Assembly (NCBI RefSeq): GCF_028368995.1
Contig: NZ_JAQNDL010000001.1
Location: 128,001 to 192,000 of the forward strand
DNA: 64,000 bases
Source: Nannocystis bainbridge
Lineage (GTDB): Bacteria; Myxococcota_A; Polyangia; Nannocystales; Nannocystaceae
Direction: 5' to 3'
Part shown: positions 44,395 through 52,440 of the stretch, piece after piece
How the letters are laid out: each line of letters begins with the position of its first letter
Position numbering within the stretch: position 1 is the first letter of the stretch
Translations under genes and position numbers: made by a program
The notes under the pieces: model-generated
Told to the model about the DNA's origin: nothing
The model's input: only the letters and a program-made list of their open reading frames with translations
The model's database searches: none

Positions 44395-46462
44395 CTCCGG
44401 CCTGCGCGGCTGGCTGCGCCGCTCGACCCTCGCCGCCGCCCTCGCCGTCTTCGCCGTGCCCGCCCCCGCGGCCGCCTGGGACGCCCGCGCGACCCACCTC
44501 GGCATGGTCGACCGCGCGCTCGTCGAGAGCGCCCTGCACCTGCGATGGATGGCCGCCAGCGAGCTCCAGCGCGGCCTCTTCACTCCGCTGCGCGTCGACC
44601 CGCGGCGCCTCACGGCATCCGAGCGGCGCATGCTGACGGCGGCCCTGCAGCACGGCGGCCTCGAGGCGCTCGGCGGCCCGGGCGCCTGCCCCGGCCTCGG
44701 CGCCCCGATCGAGACCCAGCGCTACTGCGTCCAGGGCGACCTGTGGGAGCTGCCCGCGCTGCAGTGGTTGCAGGTCGGCGTGCTCGCCGAGCTCGTGCCC
44801 TCGGCCCGCGCCGTCCACCACTTCGTCGACCGCGACGACCCGCTGCGCCGCGACTTCAGCGACCCGCAGGCCCGGCCCGGCCTGCTGCGCCTGCGCCAGG
44901 TCCGGCACAACGGCGGCTCGACCGCGGCCCTGGCCACACAAACAGGTTTCTCGGGACAGGGCCCTTCGGTCATCTCGTTTTTGCGCGACGAGACCGACCC
45001 GCTGGCCCCGCCGCAGATGTGGCGCCACCTCGAGCTGTCCTCGACCCTGCCCGACGCGCAGGCGCGGGCCCACCACCTCGCGCTGGCGCTGGTCGGCCTC
45101 GGCGCCCTGCTCCACGTCGTCCAGGACCTCGCCGTGCCGGCCCACGCCCGCGGCGACGTCAGCGGCTTCTTCAGCCCGCTGTCGCCCAACCCCGGCGATC
45201 GCGGCCTGCCGTTCGCCGAGCTGGCCCGCCTCGCCTTCGGCCGCAGCGCCCTGCCCGGCCGCCCGACCGCCGACGCCGTCGCCCAGGCGCGCGGGATCCC
45301 GCTGGCCGCCTCGCTCGCCGAGCACCTGTTCGGCGGCGCCGCGGCGAGCAAGGAGCCTGGCGCATTGGTCATGCCCGAAGGGACAGGTTACGAGGGCCTG
45401 GCGACCTTCACCGCCCGCCGCTTCCTGTCCGAGGCCACCGTCCCGGCCGCGCGCTTCCTCGCCGACGACCTCACGCCCGAGGCCGCCGCCGCCGAGCTGC
45501 TGCAGGGCAGCCGCCTCGACCCCGCCGAGCTCGAGGGCGCCCGCCTGCACCCGTGGCCGGCGACGCGCGGCTACATCCAGAGCGGCACCGGCCGCCCGCT
45601 GGCCGCCTTCGACACCGACGACGACGGCCGCGTCCGCCCCTACGTCGACGAGGCCGTCTACCGCGAGCAGTTCGTCCACCTGGCCCCGCGCGCGATCGAG
45701 GTGACCCGCTCGCTGCTCGACTGGATCTGGCCGACCTGGCCCGAGCTCCGGTTCGATGCGACCGCCGGCAACCTCGACTTCGTGGTCCCGCCCGGCCTCG
45801 TCGACGCGGTGGTTCTGGTCCTCCGCCAGGACGCCGCCGGCGCGCGCACGATCGTCCGCAAGGTCGCGCTGCGGCCCGGCGAACGCAACCGCGTCACCGG
45901 CATCCCCACCGGCCTCGGCGAGGGCGAGCGCGCCGTCGTGGTCCTGCGCGCCCGCCGAACCGGCGGCGAGCCGCTCCTGCTCGAGCACGTGCTCGGCGGC
46001 GAGAGCAAGGTGTTCCCGGCCGTACCCGGACCCTACGTGCCGCCGCCGCCGGAAGAGGCCGCCCTGCCCGAAGAGTTCGAGGCCCCGCCCGAGCCGCCCG
46101 CAGCGCCCGAGCCGGAGCCCGAACCCGAGCCCGAGCTCGCGCCGCCGACAGGTCCCAAGGGACAGCCGGCCAAGGCGCCCGCCAAGACCAAGAATCAACC
46201 CGTGGAGCCGACCCCGAGCGGCGCGGGCCAGCCCTCCGGCAAGGCCACGAACCCGCCCGGAAAGCCGCAGGACCCGCCCGCCGCCAAAGGCACCACCAGT
46301 CCCAAGGGACAGCCCGCCGCCAAGACCGAGGCCACCAGTCCCCAGGGACAGCCCGCCGCCAAGCCCGAGGCTACCAGTCCCAAAGGACAGCCCGCTGCCA
46401 AGCCCCCCGCCGACGCCCAGCCGCCGGCAGGCGCTCCGCCGAGCGGCAAGTCCAAGGGCTGA
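44282..46462 (+). CDS. Secreted protein with zinc phospholipase C/S1-P1 nuclease-like motifs and Pro/Lys-rich tail
   Basis: Signal ending AAA-W, mature start WDARATH, HHF, HVVQDLAVPAH (HxxxDxxxPxH). Confidence 0.6.
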   Translation: MTAERSSWLHRLSLRTGRKDPGPEASPVAADLSPGTARSGLRGWLRRSTLAAALAVFAVPAPAAAWDARATHLGMVDRALVESALHLRWMAASELQRGLFTPLRVDPRRLTASERRMLTAALQHGGLEALGGPGACPGLGAPIETQRYCVQGDLWELPALQWLQVGVLAELVPSARAVHHFVDRDDPLRRDFSDPQARPGLLRLRQVRHNGGSTAALATQTGFSGQGPSVISFLRDETDPLAPPQMWRHLELSSTLPDAQARAHHLALALVGLGALLHVVQDLAVPAHARGDVSGFFSPLSPNPGDRGLPFAELARLAFGRSALPGRPTADAVAQARGIPLAASLAEHLFGGAAASKEPGALVMPEGTGYEGLATFTARRFLSEATVPAARFLADDLTPEAAAAELLQGSRLDPAELEGARLHPWPATRGYIQSGTGRPLAAFDTDDDGRVRPYVDEAVYREQFVHLAPRAIEVTRSLLDWIWPTWPELRFDATAGNLDFVVPPGLVDAVVLVLRQDAAGARTIVRKVALRPGERNRVTGIPTGLGEGERAVVVLRARRTGGEPLLLEHVLGGESKVFPAVPGPYVPPPPEEAALPEEFEAPPEPPAAPEPEPEPEPELAPPTGPKGQPAKAPAKTKNQPVEPTPSGAGQPSGKATNPPGKPQDPPAAKGTTSPKGQPAAKTEATSPQGQPAAKPEATSPKGQPAAKPPADAQPPAGAPPSGKSKG
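46295..46402 (+). repeat. 39-bp tandem coding repeat (TSP[K/Q]GQPAAKxEA) carrying AGTCC-N4-GGACA
   Basis: accagtccc(a/c)a(g/a)ggacagcccgc(c/t)gccaag at 46295, 46334 and 46373. Confidence 0.9.
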
Positions 46463-46488
46463 GCGCCCGCTCGCCCGCGGGCCCGCGA

Positions 46489-46599
46489 TCGCCTGTCCGC
46501 GAGGACAGCCCCGCCGCCGGGACGCGGGCCTGTCCGAAGAGACAGGCCCGCGTCCCGGCGCGGGAGGCATCGCATCAACCTGTCCCCGAGGACATCCCC
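46489..46599. repeat. Three TGTCC-N4-(G/A)GACA elements, the middle one capping a perfect 20-bp hairpin (46515-46560)
   Basis: tgtcc gcga ggaca; cgccgggacgcgggcctgtc-cgaaga-gacaggcccgcgtcccggcg; tgtcc ccga ggaca. Confidence 0.88.
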
Positions 46600-46890
46600 G
46601 TCCGTGCCGCCGCGGACTTGACCTCGCGCCCCCGAGCTCCCCGTCGACGCACCGTGCCGACACGCTCGCCATCCTGCCCTCGCTCCCGGCGACGCAGCCG
46701 AGCCCGCGACGCGACGTGACGCAGCGCCGCGCGACGACCTCGCCAGCGACGCCGCTCACTCCGGCGACGCGACGAGCGACGCCGACCACCCTTCTCAAAC
46801 GAAGAAACCATCCTGGAGTGGAGCGGTCGCCCGTCCGCCTCGGCTGCTCCTGCAGGCCGCGCGCCCCGCTCGTCAGGCGTACAGGCGCCT

Positions 46891-48201
46891 GTGCTACACC
46901 TCCACGCCGTGTCGACCGAGCGAGACGACGACGGCCTGATGTTGCCGCCCCTGGACGAGCGCCGCACGCTGCTCGACCAGCTGACCGCCCTCGTCAAGGC
47001 GCGCGGCCCGGCCCCGCTGCTCGTCGCGCCGCTCGTCGAGCCCAGCGCCCGCTTCTTCCCCGATCGCTGGCAGGCCGGTGAGGGCAGCCTGCGCCGGCTC
47101 GTGCGGCGGCTGCTCGGCTACGCCGGCCTCGGCCAGCTGCGGGTCGAGGTCGTCATCTACGACGCCGACCCCTCGCATCGCGGCGAGGTCCTCGGCAAGC
47201 CCAGCTCGCCGCGCGGCCACGACCTCGTCGTCTGGCTCGCCGCGCTCGAGCGCGACCTCGTCAAGGTCGGCGCCGAGAGCTCCGCCATGATCGACCCGCA
47301 CACCATCGTCGCCGCCGCCGCGCGCGTGGTCGCCCACGTCTATCGCCGCCACTTCGGCCTCCCCACCACCGACGCCTTCGACCCGCGCATCGACCTCACC
47401 GGCGTCTACCTCGGCTTCGGCGTGCTCACGGCCGACGCCGCCCTGCGCTACACCACCCGCACCGCCGCCGGACCGATGCAGACCCGGCGCACCCCCGCCC
47501 GGCTCGGCGTGCTCTCGCCGCAGTCGCTCTGCTTCCTCCTCGCCGCCCAGCTGCACGCGCGCGGCCTCCCGCGGGCCGAGCGGCAGCGGATCGGCAAGCT
47601 CTTGCAGGCCAACCAGGCCGCCTTTCTGCGCCACGCGTACGCCGCCCTCGACCGCGCCGAGCCGCCGGTCGCTGCGCAGCTCGGCCTGCCGGCGCCCGAG
47701 CAGTGGCCGCCCGCGCCCGACCTCGCCGCGCTCACCATCCCCTTCACCGACGATCCCGACGCCGCCCCCGAGGCCCGACGCGACGAGGAGATCGGCGTCG
47801 CCGGCGTCAACGCCGGCAAGCCCGTGTTCCGCGTCGAGCGCAGCATGGCCGCCCGGCTCGGCCGCACCCTCGGCATGGGCGCGCTCATGCTCGGCGGCGT
47901 CGTCGCCGGCATGAAGGGCGGCCTCCAGCTCAACGCCGGCACGATCCCCATGATCGCGCTCGGCCTCGGCGTCAGCGGCCTGATCCTCGGCCGCTTCCTC
48001 CGCGAGTCCCGCTGCTCCGAGCCGCGCTGCGGCGCATCGCTGGCCGCCGGCGACCAGGTCTGCCCGCGCTGCCGCGGCGACGTGGTCGGCGTCATCCACC
48101 ACCCGCGCGAGCGCCTGGCCGCCGAGGAGGCCTGGCGCCGCGCCCAGCCCGACGCCGGCGAGCCCGAGCCCGCCGAGTCCGCCGCACCGCCTGCCCCTTG
48201 A
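46891..48201 (+). CDS. Hypothetical membrane protein with C-terminal zinc ribbon
   Basis: GC3-biased ORF, two TM helices, CSEPRC...CPRC. Start may be 46909. Confidence 0.75.
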   Translation: MLHLHAVSTERDDDGLMLPPLDERRTLLDQLTALVKARGPAPLLVAPLVEPSARFFPDRWQAGEGSLRRLVRRLLGYAGLGQLRVEVVIYDADPSHRGEVLGKPSSPRGHDLVVWLAALERDLVKVGAESSAMIDPHTIVAAAARVVAHVYRRHFGLPTTDAFDPRIDLTGVYLGFGVLTADAALRYTTRTAAGPMQTRRTPARLGVLSPQSLCFLLAAQLHARGLPRAERQRIGKLLQANQAAFLRHAYAALDRAEPPVAAQLGLPAPEQWPPAPDLAALTIPFTDDPDAAPEARRDEEIGVAGVNAGKPVFRVERSMAARLGRTLGMGALMLGGVVAGMKGGLQLNAGTIPMIALGLGVSGLILGRFLRESRCSEPRCGASLAAGDQVCPRCRGDVVGVIHHPRERLAAEEAWRRAQPDAGEPEPAESAAPPAP

Positions 48202-48280
48202 GGCATGCCCGAACGAGCATGTTCACCCGGACATGCTCGTTCGGACATGCTCCTTCGAGCATGCTCTCTCGTACACATCC
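48187..48280. repeat. 14-bp-period array (7 units) between convergent genes
   Basis: 48187 ccgcctgccc, 48201 aggcatgccc, 48215 gagcatgttc, 48229 ggacatgctc, 48243 ggacatgctc, 48257 gagcatgctc, 48271 gtacacatcc. Confidence 0.93.
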
Positions 48281-48367
48281 GGTGGCCGCCGCCCCTCGCG
48301 CCCACGTCGCTTCAGAGCCTCGCCGCGCGGACCGGCGCCCACGTGCTCGGCCACGCCGCGCCTGCGC

Positions 48368-49498
48368 TCACGCCCGCGCGAACCGCCGCAGCAGCCGCCG
48401 CACCTCGTCCGGGCGCAGGAACGCCAGGTAGCTGGCCAGCGTCAGCGGCGTGAACCACTCGACGTACATCATCAGCTGGATGCCGACGTGCATCGCCACG
48501 CCCCAGCCGAGGAACAGCCACCGCAGATCGGGCAGCCGGCGCCAGCGCTCGCGCAGCCAGTGCGTCAGCACGAACCCGGCGAACCCGACCTCCCACACCA
48601 GCACCAGCCACGTGATCGGCCGCAGCACGTACGGCTGCAGCAGCGCCAGCGTGCGCGACAGATCGAAGTGGCGGTTGTACGGGCTCACCAGCGAGAAGTA
48701 GATCGCCGTCCCGTCGGTCTTCCACGTCGCCCCGTGCTTCGCCAGCCCCGTGCACGTGTACATCACCGCCAGCTGCAGCTGCACGATCCGCCGGCACCAC
48801 ACCGGCACCGGCCCGCCCTTGCCGCGCCAGCGCGCGTCGAGGCTGAGCCCGCGGCCGCTCGGCATCAGCGCCAGCCACACGATCAGCGCCGAGTGCAGCT
48901 GATCCGGCATCGCGTAGAGCAGCGGGTTGCGGCCGATCATGCTGACCCACACCAGCGCGCTGAACAGCGCCGCTGCGCGCGTGAACAGCCCCACCAGCCA
49001 CAAGACGTGCGCCACCACCCCGACGGCGAAGATCGCCTGCACCGCCAGCGGATCGTCGATCGTGAAGAACAGCGACCAGCGGGTCGGGAACGCCTGGCGC
49101 GCGTACTGCCCGGCCAGCGGCGCCGCGCTCGAGAAGTACTCCGCCACCGCTCCGACGTGCGACAGCAGGCTGGCGAGGAACACCGCCACCAGCCCGATCC
49201 GCAGCAGCCCGAGCGCCGCCGGATCTTCCTGTCCCGTCAGCAGGCCGTCGCGCAGCCGGGCCAGCCGCCCGCGCCTGTCCTTCGAAACCTGTCCCTCTGG
49301 ACCTGTCCCATCGGCCACTCCGGACGGCCCGCGCTCCTCGGCCCCGCGCCCCGCGCCGCCGTCCGAAACGACCTGTCCCTCCGGACCTGTCCCTTCCGTC
49401 AGGCCATCCGCCCCGCCGGCCGCGCCCACGACCAGCGCCGCCGCCTGCGCCCGCCCGTCGGCCTCGCCCTGTCCCTCCGGACCTGCTCCTTCAGCCAT
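48368..49498 (-). CDS. HTTM-domain membrane protein (SdpB/vitamin K-dependent carboxylase-like)
   Basis: LGLLRIGL, LVGLFTR, RNP, LSLDARW, QLQLAVMY..TGLAK..W..G, MHVGI. Confidence 0.85.
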   Translation of the reverse strand: MAEGAGPEGQGEADGRAQAAALVVGAAGGADGLTEGTGPEGQVVSDGGAGRGAEERGPSGVADGTGPEGQVSKDRRGRLARLRDGLLTGQEDPAALGLLRIGLVAVFLASLLSHVGAVAEYFSSAAPLAGQYARQAFPTRWSLFFTIDDPLAVQAIFAVGVVAHVLWLVGLFTRAAALFSALVWVSMIGRNPLLYAMPDQLHSALIVWLALMPSGRGLSLDARWRGKGGPVPVWCRRIVQLQLAVMYTCTGLAKHGATWKTDGTAIYFSLVSPYNRHFDLSRTLALLQPYVLRPITWLVLVWEVGFAGFVLTHWLRERWRRLPDLRWLFLGWGVAMHVGIQLMMYVEWFTPLTLASYLAFLRPDEVRRLLRRFARA

Positions 49499-49502
49499 GT
49501 CG
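49271..49502. repeat. Three 14-bp-period clusters forming the HTTM N-terminal extension
   Basis: 49271 gcgcctgtcc, 49285 aaacctgtcc, 49299 ggacctgtcc; 49369 cgacctgtcc, 49383 ggacctgtcc; 49465 cgccctgtcc, 49479 ggacctgctc, 49493 agccatgtcg. Confidence 0.85.
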
Positions 49503-50078
49503 CGCCTGCGCGTCGGCCAGCATGTCGCGCACCGGCCAGCTCTTGCAGTCGATCGTCGCCAGCGGCTTGCGCTCGACCGGCCCCAGCCCCGGCTTGCCGG
49601 TCCGCACCCGGTCGGGCGGCGTGAAGCGGCGGCGCACCCGTTCGGCCACGATCCGGCGCGGTGGCTCGGCCCCGGCCAGCGCCTCGCGCACGCACAGCGA
49701 GCGCAGGTACCACGTGCGGTTGTTGTTGGGCTTGTCGGGGTTCAGGACCGCGTAGTAGCGCCAGATGTCGACCCGCGTCTTCTGCCACGCCCAGGTCGTG
49801 CCCCAGCCCGCGGACGCCTGCGCCGCCTCGGGCAGCGCCACGCGGCGGCCGTCCTCGAACTCGGCGTACACCGCGAGGTACGTGTGCGCCCGCGTCGGAT
49901 CGGGCGCGTACATGTTCCACGTCTGGACCACGCTGATCTTCTTCTGCCACTGCGCCAGCTTCGACGGCACCTCGCCGAGCGCCGCCTTCGGCAGCGACGG
50001 CCCGACGATCAGCACCACCAGCGCCAGCGGCAGCAGCGTGTTCCAGATCGTCGACAACCTGTCCCGCAGGCCAGGCAT
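49491..50078 (-). CDS. DUF5819/SdpA-like protein
   Basis: N-terminal TM, QTWNMYAPDP motif, two Cys; overlaps the HTTM gene start. Confidence 0.6.
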   Translation of the reverse strand: MPGLRDRLSTIWNTLLPLALVVLIVGPSLPKAALGEVPSKLAQWQKKISVVQTWNMYAPDPTRAHTYLAVYAEFEDGRRVALPEAAQASAGWGTTWAWQKTRVDIWRYYAVLNPDKPNNNRTWYLRSLCVREALAGAEPPRRIVAERVRRRFTPPDRVRTGKPGLGPVERKPLATIDCKSWPVRDMLADAQARHG

Positions 50079-50081
50079 CCG

Positions 50082-52289
50082 CTAGCGCCGCCTCCGCCCG
50101 CGCCGCAGCGCGAGCAGGGCCAGCACCGCCAGCGGCGCCGGTGCGCCGTCGCTGCGGCAGGCGCAGCTGGCTGCGGGATCGGACGTGTGGACCTCCGACT
50201 CGTCCACCCCTTGCCCGTCGGTCACCACCTCCGGCGGCCCGATCTCGACCGTCACCGTGCCCTCGTCGAGGAACTCCGGCGGCACGCTGACGATCGAGGT
50301 CCCGCTGGCGACCTGCTCGCCGGTCGTCAGGTTGGCCAGCGCCACGTGGACCACCTCGCCGGGCCGGAACCCGCGCAGCACCAATTGATTGTCCGACTCG
50401 CCGAGGCGGCTCGCCACCAGCTGATGATCCCAGTCGCCCGACACCTGGATCACCTCGCGCACCGCCCCCTTGCTCGAGCCGTCGGGGTTCCTGTCGACCG
50501 CCGTCAGCGTGTACTTGAACTCGATCGGCTCGTCGGCCCGCTTGAGCAGCACCGCCACCCCGGTCGGGTTGCCCGGCGGCCCCGCGTCGCCGCCGAGGCG
50601 GAAGCGCACGATCACGTTGTCGCTGCCGGCCGGCACCTCGTGGCGCAGCTGCATCGGCCCCGGGAAGAACGGCGTGACCCCGGTCGTCTTGCCGCGCAGG
50701 TACAGCGACGCCCCGCCGGCCACCTTCGCCGGATCGACGTGGACGCGCGGGCAGTCGTACAGCCCGCGCGCATCGAAGCTGCGGACCAGCTGATCGATGT
50801 CGGCCTCTGTCCACTCGCCGCGCGCCAGCGCCTCCTCGGCGATGTCGAGCACCGTCAAGCTCGCCGTCTCGAGGTCCGCGTCGCTCGGCAAGCGCGGCAG
50901 CAGCTCGAACACCACCGGGTCCATCTTCTCGCGCCCGATCCGCTTGCGGGCCGCCCACATCGCGCCCATGAACGGCTCGCCGTCGTTGTGCACCTGGCCG
51001 ACGGTGTTGTCCGGGCAGCGCTTGGTGTTCTCGGCGTTGCGGATCGCGTTGCCGTAGCCCGGCCAGAAGCGGGCCACGTAGTCGCCGAGCAGCGGCTCGT
51101 TGGTGAGGATCACCGAGAAGTAGTCGGCGATCGCCTCGTTGATCCCGCCGGCGTCGTTGAGCACGCCGTCGCTGCGCAGCGTCCGGTCGCCGAGCCCGTT
51201 CGGCGTCAGCAGCGACACCATCCCGTGGCCGAGCTCGTGATAGACCACGTCGCCGTCGTAGCCGAAATCGACCGCCGCGCCCTGGCCGAAGATCATCGTC
51301 GGCCCCTTCTCCGGGTCGCACGTGTTGGTCCAGTAGGCATTGTTGAGCGGCGTGTAGTCGAGGTCCGGGTAGGCCGTCGAGAGCTCGGTCGTGCGGTAGT
51401 TGGCGAGCATCGTCGACAGCGCGCACTTGAACGCGTCGACCCCGAACCGCCGCATCTCGTCGATGAAGCGCTCCGCGTGGTAGTACATCGACAGCTCGGC
51501 GTAGAGGTCGTCGTCGTCCGCGTTGTCCTCGGGGAAGATGACGTCGGGCAGCGGCAGGAAGTAATCGCCGTTGTCGTCCGACACCGCGCGGTGGACCGCG
51601 TAGCACTTGCCCTCGGCCCACCACGGCTGGATCTCGTCCTCGGTCGGCGCCTCGAGCGTGCAGTTGAACGAGCGGATCCGGTCGCCCTCGAGCGGCTGTC
51701 CTGGCCCCGTCGCGTGGATCCCCGCCAGCTCGACCTCGACCGGCACCGGCGTCGACGCCGGATTGGTCTGGAACACCCGCGCCCGCGACGACCGCACGTG
51801 CTCCCACTCGTCGAGCACGATGCCCGAGCTGGCCGACACCCAGATCGTCTTCTTGCTCGGCTCCGGGTCCCACTGCAGCGGCAGGTCGACCTCGTAGGCC
51901 AGCACCGGCTCGCCGAGGATCAGCTTGTAGACCAGCTTGCCCGGCTCCTCGGGCCCCTCCGCGTGCGCGTGCGCGGCCGCCAGCTCCTCCGCCTCGCCGA
52001 CCTCGATCCGCGCCTCGTCCGGCCGCAGCTGCGGACCCGCGAGCGGCCGCGCCGACGCGACCTCGCGTTCACCTGTCTTGTCGGACAGCACCGTCGCGAA
52101 CGCCCCGCGCACCGGGATCCCGTGCAGCGTGTACGCCTTGTGCGCGACCGTGAGCGACCGATCGCGCAGCGCCATCGGCAACGTGCGGGCCTCTGCGGCC
52201 AGCTCTGGCGGCCCGGCGAAGGCGCGCGGCCACGCGACGCACAGCCCCAACCCGAACCCGATCCACCGCAAGCTCCGCGCGACCGTCAT
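50082..52289 (-). CDS. Secreted zinc metallopeptidase (M4/M36-like) with MYXO-CTERM-like anchor
   Basis: Signal peptide, propeptide, NNAYW, HELGH, GGINEAIADYF; C-terminus SCACRSDGAPAPLAVLALLALRRGRRRR. Confidence 0.85.
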   Translation of the reverse strand: MTVARSLRWIGFGLGLCVAWPRAFAGPPELAAEARTLPMALRDRSLTVAHKAYTLHGIPVRGAFATVLSDKTGEREVASARPLAGPQLRPDEARIEVGEAEELAAAHAHAEGPEEPGKLVYKLILGEPVLAYEVDLPLQWDPEPSKKTIWVSASSGIVLDEWEHVRSSRARVFQTNPASTPVPVEVELAGIHATGPGQPLEGDRIRSFNCTLEAPTEDEIQPWWAEGKCYAVHRAVSDDNGDYFLPLPDVIFPEDNADDDDLYAELSMYYHAERFIDEMRRFGVDAFKCALSTMLANYRTTELSTAYPDLDYTPLNNAYWTNTCDPEKGPTMIFGQGAAVDFGYDGDVVYHELGHGMVSLLTPNGLGDRTLRSDGVLNDAGGINEAIADYFSVILTNEPLLGDYVARFWPGYGNAIRNAENTKRCPDNTVGQVHNDGEPFMGAMWAARKRIGREKMDPVVFELLPRLPSDADLETASLTVLDIAEEALARGEWTEADIDQLVRSFDARGLYDCPRVHVDPAKVAGGASLYLRGKTTGVTPFFPGPMQLRHEVPAGSDNVIVRFRLGGDAGPPGNPTGVAVLLKRADEPIEFKYTLTAVDRNPDGSSKGAVREVIQVSGDWDHQLVASRLGESDNQLVLRGFRPGEVVHVALANLTTGEQVASGTSIVSVPPEFLDEGTVTVEIGPPEVVTDGQGVDESEVHTSDPAASCACRSDGAPAPLAVLALLALRRGRRRR

Positions 52290-52440
52290 GAACGCTCCTG
52301 CCGAGGTCATCAGCATACCGAAGATCCCCGGGCCGGCGGCGACGAAGACGGCCGCCCGCGCACCCCGAGCTGGAGCCGGCCTCGGCGCGCCGTGCGACGC
52401 AAATTGGACCTGCGCCCGGCAAATCACGTAGCCTGGCCCG

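Noticed and set aside
48187-48280. 14-bp arrays as a CRISPR array
   Set aside because: Repeats are 10 bp and degenerate with 4-nt spacers, far below CRISPR dimensions, and no cas genes are present.
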